Source: Guillardia theta CCMP2712
Lineage: Eukaryota > Protista > Cryptophyta
Assembly (NCBI RefSeq): GCF_000315625.1
Contig: NW_005434644.1
Span: forward strand, 130,973-194,972
Length of the DNA: 64,000 bases
Reading direction: 5' to 3'
Shown: one piece after another, positions 37,395 through 49,852 of the stretch
Layout of the letters: each line of letters starts with the position of its first letter
Position numbering within the stretch: the first letter of the stretch is position 1
Translations under genes and position numbers: made by a program
The notes under the pieces: generated by a model
Seen by the model: only the letters and a program-made list of their open reading frames with translations
The model's database searches: none
Told to the model about the DNA's origin: nothing

Positions 37395-40300
37395 GTACAA
37401 CCCACCGCCTCCCCCTCCTCCCCCTCCTCCCCCTGTTCTTCACCTGTGTCGATGAGGTTGCCTGCTCGGGGCCCTTGTCGTCTCTCACTCTCACCAGCCG
37501 AGGAAAGCGCAACGCGATCCCCCTGGACTCATCGACGAGGCCGATGGCCGCCTTGTGCTTGGGAGAGATGGACAGGTCTGCTGCTGCCACCTCCCACACG
37601 ATCTTGGGCTCGAACCAGACGTTGGGAAGGAGGCCGGGAGAGTCGTCGTACTGAGGAAGGAGCATCACCGAAGTGCAAGGAGCGGAAGGGGTTCGAAGTA
37701 AGAGGCGTGAGGAGGAGGAGAAGGAGGAGGAGGAGAAGGAGGAGGAGGAGGAGGAGGAGGAGGAGGAGGGATATGATAGTGGCGGAAGAGGTGGAGGCGG
37801 AAGAGGTTGAGGCGGCAGATGCTGGTGGTGGTGGTGATGGTGGTGGTTATGGTGATGGTGATAGTGATGGTGATGATGATAGGAAGGAGAAGGAGGGGGT
37901 GGTGATGATGGTGGTGTTGGTGTTTGTGGTGATGATAGGAAGGATAAGGAGAAGGTGGTGGTGATGGTGTTGGTGGTGTTGGTGTAGACCTGGTAGTAAG
38001 ACTTGGGCTCTGAGATAATGATCGGTTCAAAAGCATCATAAAATTCCTTGAGCTGAGTGTCGCTGATGCCTGTTCCGATCTTACAGATAGCTTCAAAGTC
38101 CTCCTGGCAAGACCCACCAAGTCAGCTCCACCAGGTTCCGCACCTCAACTGCTCCCTACCGTCTCCTCGTTGTAGCATGCGAGGAGGAAGGCGCCGTACA
38201 CTCCCGTCCTCTTCCCCTTCCCAAAGAAAGCTCCGATGGGAACCAGGTCCAGAGAGTCCGTCATGCCATCGATGTAGTCCTTCTTCACCTGTCCACTCGT
38301 CAGCTCTCGCCCACAGCACGGAATCCTGCTCGTCGACCTTGAGCCACTTGTGGCTGCGCTGCGCCGGTTCGTAGGTCGAGCTGTCGCCGAAGAGAGTCTT
38401 CACCATGAGGCCCTCGCAGCTGTCCGCCACCTGCGCTGAGTTTGACAAGCAACCCTCACCATCATCACAAGTTCGAACCGCGTCGTTGAGAAACGCCAGG
38501 ATCTCTTCCGTGTCCGAGGCGTCTCGGGATTTGGCAAAGGCAAAGGATCCCTCGACCTCGCTGTGATCCAAGTCAGTTGGCACATGGGAGGAGGGAGGGA
38601 ATTCACGTGAAGGTGCTCTTGAGAAGCTCTCTCCTCTCGTGGAACGATCTCTTGATGAGCGGGTCCCCGTTGTAGTACAAGATGTCGAAGGCGAACAGGC
38701 AGACCTGACCACACGAGCCTGTCAAGTTGCCTGCTGGCTGCAGGACTGGAACACTGATGTACCTGGACAGTGATGGTGTCTTCGTTGGCATCTTTTCTCT
38801 TTCGTGTGCTGAGGACCTGAAAGCCGTCAGGAGGCAACGGCGAGCAAGCAAGAAAGGTAGGACAACGGCAAGCAAGCAAGAAAGGTGGGACAACGGCGAG
38901 CAAGCAAGAAAGGTAGGACAACAGCGAGCAAGCTCCTCTCTCACCTGGAAAGGTAGGATCTTCTTCGTCTCCCTGTCGTAGGCGACGACCTCTGCGTCCA
39001 AGATGAACGACTTGGTCTGTTCCTTGATGACCTGCAAGAATTTTGTGTTGAGCATCCTCTCTCGTGGACCTCGCGCGCTGCTGCAGACCTTCGGCATGAG
39101 GGCGATGAGGTCAGGGTACTTGGAGGTGTTGTCCTCGGAGTTCCTGCTGAAGATTCGAACCGTTCCGTCCGGGGTCATGTGGATTTGTCCGCGTTCACCA
39201 TCATATTTGTACTCGCAGGTGAAGGTCTGATCCGCAAAGCTGCGGACGGGGACGTCGGGCATCAGCTCAACCCTCCAAGAACTTCAAGAATGTTCACCGG
39301 TCGAGAACCTCTGAGACCCCCTTGGTCGGGTGCGCGAGCATGGGATGAACTGGGATGCCTGGCTGAAGGTAGCAGCTGCAAGGAAGTGTGAGCGGATCTT
39401 TTCGCATCGGTTGCTTGGTGGGCTGACTTGAGCGGCAAGTTGTTGATGGGCTCCTTCAGCAGGACAGGAACGATCTTGTCGTAACAAGGGAGTTGACTGT
39501 AGACTTCCCTCAAAGTCTCTGCCGCCTGGAGAGAATCGATCAACTGGTTGAGGAAACATGGGCAGGACACCTTCTCCAGTATCTGCTTGTTGGGCTTCGT
39601 CCCTTGTGGGACGCTCAAGGCTATGGAGTGAGCAAGTGCGACGAGAACCTTATCACTTCTTCACACCAGCACGAACATCTCGATCTCAAGCATCACCGTC
39701 TGCTCAGCAAGGCCAATCCTCATCTTGCCTTGAAGGTGCCGTACAATGAACTGCGTCTCTATACCCTTGGCAGCGACCAGAAGGGACTTGATCTGACACA
39801 TCACTTCTCAACGCGATCACGAGGAGCTTCACAGGGCTCACCTTGTCCTTCTTCAAAGTCCCTGAATCTTTCCCCGTCATCTTGGCGATTTGCAGCAGAC
39901 TTTTGTGTAACGTTTGTACCGTCAGCGACTTCGCTGCAAACATGACCCGCTGTGTGCTCCTCGATTTCATCGCAACAGTTCCAAGATCTCCTACCTGCTC
40001 GCCACATCACATCCCAGCACGGGGCAACGAAGCATTCGAACCTTGTCATAATCGCTCTGGATGTCTTTGACCTGCCGGCCAGTTGCCTCAGCAAGCGCCT
40101 TCTTCAAGATCATGTCTCCGATGCCCAACTCCACCCCCTCATGTGCGGGAGCAAGCTTGTTCACACACAAGTAAACGCAGAACAGAAGGTCTTCAGGAGT
40201 TGTCTCGATGACTGATCGCAGACAGTCCGTCACCAGTGAGATGATTTCCAGCCGCTTCGACTCCTTCTCGACCTTTTCAAACATGGTGGCAAGATGAGAG

Positions 40301-40902
40301 TATGGAACGGGTTGCCCTGGCTTCCAAGAGAGTTTTCCAGTGTCAAGCATGGAAGAGCGTTTAAGAATCTCCTCCTTAACTTCCTCGTCGTCTTCATCTT
40401 GCCCGTTATCGTTCTGGTCGTCGTCAGATGCAGCTTCCTGCTCTCGTGCTGCAGGTTTTGTTTCAGACTTGTCGTTGCTCGCCTTTGCATGGCTCTGAAC
40501 ACGATCAGCTCCTTCCTCTTTCTTGGCTCCTTCCCCTTTCTTGGCAGCTTTCATTGTAACCTCGAACTTCTCATCCTTGGGCTTCCTCGAACTTTCTGGC
40601 TGTTCACATCTTTCTTTCTCCAGAACTTCTTCCGCCGGCACAGCGACTGATGAGCTAGACTCTGCCTCGTCCTTCTTGGACGATGGCCCCCCCACCGTCT
40701 TCGCCTTATCGGCATCCTCATCGTCGCTGTCTACCTGTCTCAATCTTTTCCGAGTTGGAGGCGTGGCTCGTTCCTCCGTGGTCTTGAGCTTTGCCGGGCT
40801 ATCGGCTGAGTCTTCTTCATCCTTCTCTTCACACTTCTTGGCCTCCTCAGGGGGCTGAGTCTTGGGCTTGAAGAAAAATTCTATTGTAGATTTCGACGGC
40901 AT
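37214..40902 (-). CDS. LIG1: DNA ligase I (ATP-dependent)
   Basis: N-terminal PIP-like KSTIEFFF; DNA-binding domain WKPGQPVPY...[14 protein letters not shown]; motif [13 protein letters not shown]; [10 protein letters not shown]; [12 protein letters not shown]; CEGLMVKTL; RSHKWLK; [19 protein letters not shown]; [16 protein letters not shown]. Confidence 0.97.
38835..38933 (+). repeat. ~28-bp minisatellite (~3.5 copies) inside a LIG1 intron
   Basis: Unit caacggcgagcaagcaagaaaggtagga with small variations. Confidence 0.8.
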
Positions 40903-42405
40903 CTAGCGAAGTGAAAAGGATTAAGCGGTATATCAAAGCAGGGCACATCAGCAGAAATCCATGAAGATTTTGTTTCCAATGCTTGCTCATTCGATTCTAA
41001 TCCGTCTCGAATCAGCCTCCACCCTAGTGACTTCCTTTGTCTGGAGGGGTAGAGGACCGAAAGATTCTCTCATACCCGTGCATTTCACTGAATCACGGTA
41101 CCCCTATGTCTCGCGTCATCAACGCAAACCTAATGTATCTGCTCCTGCTTTTCTTCTCATCGTCATGAGCGGGCAGCTGTGCCTAGCTTGTATTCATTTT
41201 AACAACACCCACACGCTCACCCGTTGAATCTCAAACGCACCACCACCACTTACTCCTCCTCTACTTCCTCCTAATCGCCTCCTCCTCCTGCTCCTGCTCC
41301 TGCTCCTCCTGCTCCTCCTGCTCCACTTCCTCAAAATCTCCTCTACTTCGTCATCTTCTGCTCCTCCTCCTGTATTTCCTCCTAATTTCCTCTTCCTTCT
41401 CTACTTGCTCCTCACCTTCTCCTTCTTATCTCCTCCTCCTTATCTCCTCCTCCTTATCTCTCCTCCTCCTCTTCCTCCTTCCGATCTCCGCGCTCCCCTC
41501 CCCTCTCCCCTGTTGACAGCAGCACTGGCAATCGTCATTTTTCCCTCCAAAACTTCCGAACTACCCCTTTCCTACCCCTACCTTACCACCCCTATTATGA
41601 TTTCACCACCCCCATTCCTCACAAATGTACCCCTACTTGCCTCTGTCCTCATCCACCCCCGAGGGACACTTCCTACCAGCCCGTCTTTATTGGGCCCGCC
41701 TCAATTAGAAATTTGTTTTCTTCGTGTAAAAGAAAAAAAGAATAAGTACCCCTCCGTTTTCGTGAAATTAGCCCCGTACCTTGCCAATCCATCCCACCCC
41801 CCCAACCCCCGAGAATTCAGACCCCTCATTTTCGACTCAAATTCACCGGTGATGGAACTTTACAATCATTCGAGAAAAACTAAAAAGCCATTTTTGTAAA
41901 CAAGTAGTTTTAGTTTTTGGTACCACATAACTCTCCCAAGTTGGTACTGACAGTCGACGTATCTCCATCTTAAAATTACTTTTCTATGCATGTAGAGGAA
42001 CGACAAAGAGCAGTACGTAGTTTATAACTTTGTATAACAGTTGTTAGTAAATATGTATTATAATTACCAGGATCCCCTACAATTCACACTCCAAATTGTT
42101 TTAGTAAACCTTCCTTCGACACAGATGTATTGCGGTGTGCCGTACAAATTAAAATATATTTGTAAAATTGTATTCAATAGAATTTTACAGTCAAAGGCGG
42201 TACAACAGGTTGAAACGTCGTACCTCCTGTTACTACGGGGCGCAAAAAAGAGGAACCTACAAGTAGTAACCGTGCACACAGAGGCATCAGTGTCAGTAAC
42301 AAAGACAGCAGCAGCTGTGGTGGTGTTAGTGCAGTAGCAGCAGTAGCAAACACCTGCAGGTCTGTCGCAGGGGAGCAGAAGCGACTTTGGAGGCTGTAGC
42401 TGAAA

Positions 42406-43270
42406 ATGGTTGGCGCCATGCGCAAGGCGAGCGCTTGCCTCTTGTTTATATCATCTCTTGTTCATAGTTGTACATGTTTCATTGGGGTCGAGACCAAACC
42501 TCTCCTGGAGAGAAAAGTTTCATCAAGGCTGTTGCATGATCGCCGCGGCATGTCGTCGCAGAAGCAGCCTCTGACATTGTGCCGGAAGAGCATCAAAGAG
42601 TTATTAGAGGAGAATGATGACGCCTTGCCCAATCAGCCGTTGAAACCGAAGAACTGCAGCCCCGAGCATGAGTTCGAACTCAACAGGGGGCTAGCTGTGG
42701 ACACTTTGCTCAGCGATTACCCTTACCTCCTGGAAAGAGCCCCAGATTTCTCCATCTTCCGCAAAGACATTATTCTCACAGACGCTCAGGGCTTCAGCAT
42801 CTCAGGGCTTCAGGCTTATCAGCTGTTCTTCGGGATCCTCAGGAGGCTTGCGTTTGTGCTGCATTCACAAGCTGTCGTTTACGTCATGCTCATGGACAAG
42901 TACGCTACCGACAAGAGCAAGATTCGTCTGAGGTGGAAGATCGAACTCAATGGAAGGTCGCATGCAACTACGAGCAGAGACCGTGAGGCCATGCTGCGCA
43001 ACCTCGGGTTTGAGCAGGAGCTGGGATGTCGGTTTGCTTCGTCCGAGGACAGCGCGTTTGTGCTTGAAGGGATTTCTGTATACAAGGTATGCTTGTGACA
43101 TGCATCTCGACGTGCAGTGATGAATCGTTGCAGCTTGATACCAAGGGAATGATCAACTCTCATACCATCGAGATCACAGAGCCGACAGTCATGGCACCGC
43201 TGGCGGCATTGCAGCGTCTGATCCCAAGTTCGTTGCCGGCGTCGTTTGTTCCAGATATCATTCCGTCATG
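42406..43270 (+). CDS. DUF2358-like (SnoaL/NTF2-like) protein with signal and transit-like presequence, probably plastid-targeted; 1 intron
   Basis: NRGLAVDTLLSDYPYLLERAPDFSIFRKDIILTD...GLQAYQLFF..LR, IRLRWKI and EGISVYK|LDTKGMINSH resemble DUF2358. The presequence ASACLLFISSLVHSCTC-F is followed by an R/K/S-rich stretch. Confidence 0.7.
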
Positions 43271-43451
43271 AGGAGCGGCTCTAGGATGTCACAAAGAAAT
43301 CCTGTGAATTCTCATATACAAGTGGTTTGTGAGTTCAGGATTTAACTTGTTTGTAATGTACAAGATGATGTATGATATACGGCAGCTCAGGAGAAAGACT
43401 CGGGCTGGGTATTGCGGCATGTTGAATTCCGGGCTAAGCCAGTGCCCTCAT

Positions 43452-44443
43452 CTACTGATCAGCTTGAGGAACATGTTCGTCGTCGAATGCTGGATAGCCT
43501 CCCCTTGATATTCTTCGCGAACCTAACCAGTACACAGCATCACTTCTTCCATTTGAACCAAGTTATCACCTTCATCAGTAATTGCCGACCAAACTGGCCA
43601 TTGTGTCCAATCAGGAACCGTTCCAGACAGCATTTGTGTAGATTTTTGATCCTTCATCCTTCGAACGGAAGTCACAAAACTACATCATAGATTTTTTCCG
43701 TACCCGCTCATGCCTCTGTCCATTGGAAAATCTGCTGTTGAAAGAAACATCAGCCGCAACAACTTACTGCAATATCATCGATGTACCATAGTATCCTCGT
43801 CTGAATGGCCCAATGCTTGACAAGATCCCATCACCTGCAAGGGTACCGCGTCCTGCCAACAGCCCATGACCTGCCATGCCCCCATCGCCAGCCAGAGCTC
43901 CATTTCCAGCAAGGCTGCCATCGCCAGCAGTGCTGCTGCTGTCGTCAGCTTGTAACGCTCCTCCTGCCATTGACGAAAGTCCAGCCATGGATGCTTGCGA
44001 TGCCATGGATCCACGACCTGCCATCATTCTATCTTTCGCGAGCAGCTGCTGCGTCCGTAGTGACTGCTTCCTTGCCCAATGCACGGCCGAGAGTGGACGA
44101 GGGTTGCCTGCTCTTTATCTCACACCCCGCACGAAAGAGCATCGATGGATCGTACCTGCAATGAAATCCGCGTGCGTTATTCCTGCAGACTCACATCAGC
44201 AGCACCATGGCACAGATCTTGCGACATACCTGGATACACCTGATTGACGGCTGAAGGATAACCCCGATAAGCCCAATCGTCGTTGACTTGTAGAGCCAAA
44301 AACTGTGCCTGACGCCCTTGATATCTTCCCACCAGAGCAGACTTTTTTGGAATCGATTGGTTGTAGGCAAAGAAGGCGCATGTTGTACAGAGTAGCAATG
44401 CAGTCACGGGTAAGACACCGGAAGATGCTGCATTTCTGCACAT
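43452..44443 (-). CDS. Small multi-exon protein with N-terminal hydrophobic anchor and AGxGx(L/M) hexapeptide repeats
   Basis: VLPVTALLLCTTCAFFAY hydrophobic segment; exon ~43790-44070 encodes AGDGSL AGNGAL AGDGGM AGHGLL AGRGTL AGDGIL. The 3' end is uncertain. Confidence 0.5.
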
Positions 44444-46514
44444 TTTGTTTGCCTAGAAAGATTCATTACTTCAAGCTCAGCAACGTGTTCACGACAAGCT
44501 CAATGCCATCAAGACAGATTACGGATTAGCTTCTGAATGATTTTTGTTCCTTTCAATTCGAATATTCGTCTACGTTTTATCTCCTTCACGTTATACCCAA
44601 AGTTTTCCCCTAGCATCGAATTGCGCCACCTTCTTGTCTCTCTAGATTCAATTCATAGATCTCCATGCCTTCTTTTCAACCTGATCCTTCTACCATGACT
44701 TCCGGTCTTACCGTCACCTTCCTATTCTCCTCGTTCTTCATCGCGCCACTTCACTCTCATGCCCAGTCGCTGCCCATTCTTGCTGGGTGACTTCTACCTA
44801 TTTACCCTCTTCTGTCTCTCTATTTACTTAGTTCAAGATTTAGTCAAGTTTATTTACCTAACTATTCACTGCAGTCGTACTGATTTTTAACTTAACTTTG
44901 AGTAAACGAAAGATTTGCAGGCCGGCCTGGGCCCGTACCGCCGGTGCCGGGCATTTCATCCGGCGGCCCGGCGGCCCGGCGGCATATCAGTCTAAACCCA
45001 GAATCCTCTGAGGGGAGCCTGTACAGGCTCCTTCCTCCCGTCACGGCAGATCCGACCTGCAATTGACCATCTGCCGACGAAGTGACACCCCACCCCCATG
45101 TCTATCTATTCCAGCTATGAACAGGCATTGAAGGGTGGGTGGGTACTAAAAATTGTATCATCCCTTTCCGGTGCAATTCTACCCACCCGTTTTTATTAGT
45201 TGTCGGTCCCTTGAAGGGTGGGGTACTCTACATATCTGCAGATCTCAAGGTATCCGAGACCGGGAGTAGACTTGTACCCTGCTTAAAAGGGGCATAGTAA
45301 CTTTTCTATGTCATTCTGATCGTGGTAGTCATCATTTGTACACGTTGCATCCAGATTCTGTACCATGGGTCAGTACAGAGTGGGGACTTCGGTACCTACA
45401 ATGTATCTGTACCGGATTGGTGAGGGTACAAATATGGGCTACCGGATTCAAGACTTGACTTATTATAAAACAGATCTGTGGGCCATAGAGCGTGGTGACA
45501 CTACCAAAACACTTGTATACAAGAAAGCGTTCTAAATTTATCAGCAAATGGGGACCAATTATCATTAAAAATTGATTTTGATGCTTACCGCTGAGAACAT
45601 GGTACAACAACATCACGTACCACTAGTACTGTCATATCGGTACAAGTAATTGTAGCAGAGTTAGAGGAACAGTTCAAGGGTATACATCCCCGTGACCGGC
45701 TCGGAGGTTGGAAGAAGTCAGTCATCACCCCAAAATACCCCAGTTCAACAAGGTAAATCAGGGGGTGGTATTTGCAGCGGGATGTCCGATATCATTCTTG
45801 CCGGCAGGAGCTAAAGAAATGTCCATGAGCTGTAGTAAACTGTACCTATCCTCGTGATTTCTGTGGAGTGTTGTGAGAGACCGAGGGTGGGATCTGAGTA
45901 ATCTTTTGCTATTGTCTCCCAGCATAAATCACACCTCTCTAGGGGCCAGGAAAAAGATTACAGCTCGGACGGATGTGTAAGCCAGGAGGGTCTTGGCAGG
46001 AGCAAAGACCGGATAAGGAACTCGTCTCGAAAAGACTCGTTTTCGAATGAAGGATGCGAAAAGAACGATGCATACGAATCAGGGTCCGAAAATCTACGTT
46101 TTGAAAGCGTTAGCAAATTTACTACAGGACCACCACCCATGTCGACATCCCCCGAGACAACCGAACGAAGATATGCTTCTCTGTACCCCTCCTTTTGACC
46201 TCCCAGATCCCAGGCAAATCCGCAGTAAACGCACAACCGTTCACCACCCTACCCCCTTTTCTAGACCCGAAAAAGGATATCCACCACCCCGCCCGACCTT
46301 CGGAAGGGGGTACAGTCTGGCCCCTTGTGATTGTGTACTTGATTCCGTCGGGTCCATCCGGTTTCCGCTCGTTCCTCCATCTTCGCTAGTAGCACGTGGC
46401 GCAACTTGCTACTTGGTGTTCCATCACTCGTATCTTCGTCTGTTCCTACATCTCTTCTTCACCAAACACCTGCGTCACTGCACCATTTGGTCTTCCAAAA
46501 TAGATTCGAAAGCC

Positions 46515-46982
46515 ATGACAAATTCAATGAGGAAGCACAGACCTCCTGCTCTGGCCGGGCACATGCCAGCTAATGCTCCTACTATGAGAGAGGACTTGGC
46601 ATTAGGCTACAGCGGCAACGTCGAACAACGCAGGCAAGAGTCAGAGGCCTGGACGAACTTTAACGGACTTCATTCGTACTGCACAAGAAGGCACAGCGAG
46701 GGGTTGATGAAAATGGGTCAACTTTCGAACTCATTTAAGAATCTGCTCAAGCTTAAAGATGACACTCCTCGAGCCGAGACGATTGATGAGGAAGCTTCAT
46801 CTGAAAGCCCACACGCAAGGACAATAGATTCAGTTGGAAATGTAATTAGAAGTCGCAGGGGTAGCTATTGCTGTATGATGGAAATGGGATCTAAAAGTCC
46901 GCATGGAGGACTGATCGACAAGTTTGGAAACTTCAACCAAACTAATCGTGATCGTACCGAGTTAATCTTTCGAAACTTGTGA
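46515..46982 (+). CDS. Hypothetical intronless protein (~155 aa)
   Basis: 3' half of ORF 46047-46982, from MTNSMRKHRPPALAG. Followed by an AT-rich region with aataaa near 46999. Confidence 0.45.
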   Translation: MTNSMRKHRPPALAGHMPANAPTMREDLALGYSGNVEQRRQESEAWTNFNGLHSYCTRRHSEGLMKMGQLSNSFKNLLKLKDDTPRAETIDEEASSESPHARTIDSVGNVIRSRRGSYCCMMEMGSKSPHGGLIDKFGNFNQTNRDRTELIFRNL

Positions 46983-48083
46983 TATTATTTTGAATATGAA
47001 TAAAGTGAATCCATACTGAACGGCTTTGGTCTCAACTTTGGAACTATCTGTTTCGTGACCCGACAGTGGTGTAGTTGATTGGATTCCAGTTAATCAGTCC
47101 CGCAACACACATTGAATTCTACTGTCGTGTTTCGATTATTCTATGGTCACTGACAATCCGTCTCTGCCACTGTCAGGCTTCTATCGCTGTGGAGTTCACA
47201 GTTTGTAAATGAGTTCATTAGGTCGCGGCCGGCAAAACTCCGCTCAATGCACTGCCTTGCCAGTTTCGAGTATTCGTTATGACAACTGGGGGCATCATCA
47301 TCTCAGAATCGTCGTCCGTACAGCTCGGCCCGCATCAAAAGTGTCTCAGCAACGTGTCAGTGCTAACTGACTGCAAGACGGTACTAAGGTAACGAGCTGA
47401 TGATCCGATGGCATGGCATCCCTCCCGAGTCTGGACGAGGCCCAGAGTCATTCAGTTGCCAAGTTTCACAGACGGTCATGTGCAAGGCCGGGTCTGCAGT
47501 GCCGAGGCTCTCCTGATTGTCTTCGTACTGATCTTTGACTTAACGCCGTCAGGCTGTCAGTGAGGGCCTTAATATAAAGGTGCCTAGGCTACGGTGTTCC
47601 CCTGGCAAGGACCATGATCCCGGGATTGAAATTCGGGAGCATGCAGTGTGCCGCTGCCATGATGGTGTCGATTCAACTTTGTTTATCATACTGTTGCGCC
47701 GCGCCATGCGGCAAGTTGGCCTTGCACGCGGCAAGTCACTGCCGTCACAGTGACCGACTCTGAGCCGGAAGTGCCTCCGTTTCGAGTTCCGAAGTTCAGC
47801 GAAGTTCAGTTTCCGCCGAGCTCAGTGACGGACGGCGGGCCAACTTGCCGTTGACGGTGATCGGACCGCCGCCGCGGGCCGCCCGGCCATGTCGGACCCG
47901 GCCCAGTTGAGTCGATGTGACTGGGCCCATGATGCGGCGCCCGGGCCGGGCCCCGCCCGCGGCCGCCCAAGTTCACAGGCTGCGGCGGCCGGCGGCGGCC
48001 GGCCGCCGCGGCTTCACTGCGTGACTTCGTAGGTTGATACGGTAAGTTCTCAGTCCGACTCCCGGCTCGGAAGTTTGGCTCAA

Positions 48084-48121
48084 AGTTTGATAGTTTGATA
48101 GTTTGAGAGTTTGATAGTTTG
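48084..48121 (+). repeat. 8-bp tandem repeat (AGTTTGAT) x~4.7
   Basis: agtttgat agtttgat agtttgag agtttgat agtttg at the edge of a GC-rich island. Confidence 0.85.
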
Positions 48122-48259
48122 CAAGCCTCCATGCAGGGGGTCCCAGCAGCGGCGGGAGAGCTCGGGAAGTGCGAGGAGTGAAATTCTCTTCTCCTGCACA
48201 CCTTCTGACTACATTTCTACGTCACCCCCCCCCTTCCTCCTCCTCCCCTTCAGTTCACC

Positions 48260-48709
48260 ATGGTCGCGGGATACTCGCGGAAAGTCTGTGATGTGGAGAT
48301 TCGACAACTGTGCATGGAAGACCTGGACGACGTGATGGTACTACAGCAGGAGAACTATGCGCCAGAGCTGCTGGAAGGACGCGAGGTCTTTGAGAGCATC
48401 ATCAGGTATCAAGCTCAGTTCTGCCGTGCGATTGTGCATGCAGAGAGTATTGTTGGCTATCTCTTTGCTCACTTGCACGCACGCGATGGCCCGCCTCCAG
48501 CGTTGGCAGTGGCTCTACATGAGCAGAGCTTCCCGTCAGATGGTCTAGTCTTCATCCATGATGCATGCATCTCCAAGAAGTTCCAGGGCCGCGGGCTCCT
48601 GCGCTTGATGTTGAGCACCATTGATCAGCGTGAAGGCATGGCGTGTGTGGCTGTGCAAGGGGCGGAGGTTGTGTGGAAGAAGTTGGGCTTCTTAGCAGTG
48701 CGAAGGTGA
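48260..48709 (+). CDS. GNAT-family N-acetyltransferase, intronless
   Basis: VEIRQLCMEDLDDVMVLQQENYAPELLEGREVF, IVGYLFAH, FIHDACISKKFQGRGL (acetyl-CoA motif A), VAVQGAEVVWKKLGF. Confidence 0.85.
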   Translation: MVAGYSRKVCDVEIRQLCMEDLDDVMVLQQENYAPELLEGREVFESIIRYQAQFCRAIVHAESIVGYLFAHLHARDGPPPALAVALHEQSFPSDGLVFIHDACISKKFQGRGLLRLMLSTIDQREGMACVAVQGAEVVWKKLGFLAVRR

Positions 48710-49852
48710 AAAGTCTCCGCCTCTTTCTCGGTGCTGATGTTTCCTTGCAGCGCCGGCGACTGCGGCTACGGAGATGGTTCCTTGTTGATGATTCGGGACT
48801 CCCCTCGTGTGGAGGAGGAGGGTGTGCTCCTGAGCGATGCTCAGCGGCCTCTCTCTCGACCCATCGCTGTGAGGTCATGAGCAAGAGCAAGTGCCCAACC
48901 AAGGGAGGCTTCATAACTCTGCGATAAACCAGACTGAAAGATCTGCCAAACTGAGTTTCGAGGCCTAGTTGATTGACGCAGCTAACCTTGCACTACTTTG
49001 GCATGACCGGGTACAAGTCACAGTTAACAAACTTGTACGTCACTAGTACTCAACTGAATCCTACCGTGACCGGCGTGACCTCACATGTTTTGGATAATGA
49101 TGGAACTTAACTTCAACGTGATTCAAAGTACGGTAGGTGCCGCTGCCGCGTACGGCCACGGTAGTACACACTGACGGTCGGTCGGAGTCTCTCCGCCCGG
49201 GAGTGTCCCTCAGCCTTGCCAGTGACGGCGTCCCTAACTAGTAACTAGTAAGTTGTTTCCCGTCCGACGGCGATCCGCCGGAGACCCGCGGCCAGGCTCT
49301 GAAAGCGGCTGAGCGTTGCCAGTTGAAGTTCACGACGGTCAGGCCCGGGCCCGGGGGCCGACTCCGAGGCCTCCGGGCCGGCCGAGTCCGTGACCGTTCG
49401 ACACTGCGGCCGCAACTTGAACACGGCGTCTCGGATCGGACCGCACAGCGGCATCGGGCTCAGAGTCCATACCGAGCGGCCCCGGCCGGCCCGTACTATC
49501 AGCGCCGTGGTGTGACCGCCGGCCCGGCCGCCGGCGGAAGTTTGGCCCGGCGGGCGGCGGGCCGGCGAGCCACTGAGGTCCGGGCATGAGTCTGCTGAGC
49601 ACTGGCATGCACCTGCTGTCTTTCAATCCCATATACCCCTATAGCAAAGCGATATTATAAGTGAGTCATTAAGATCAAATCCCATACCTCCTACCCTTCA
49701 GCCACCAGTGCGGAGGTAGTGCTTCCTCCCCTCCCCCTCCTTGGTCCCCCCTGCCCCTACTCTTCCCTTCCTCTCCTCCGACCTCACCCACTGCACCAGC
49801 CTCTCTCTCTCTTCCTACGCAGCACACCGCGTTGTCTTCCTGCCCTGCCGCC

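Noticed and set aside
19302-40902. TRAIP-like and LIG1 as a replication gene cluster
   Set aside because: They are separated by ~16 kb of unrelated genes; proximity is likely chance.
48084-48121. (AGTTTGAT)n as interstitial telomere
   Set aside because: Does not match TTAGGG/TTTAGGG-type repeats and has fewer than five copies.
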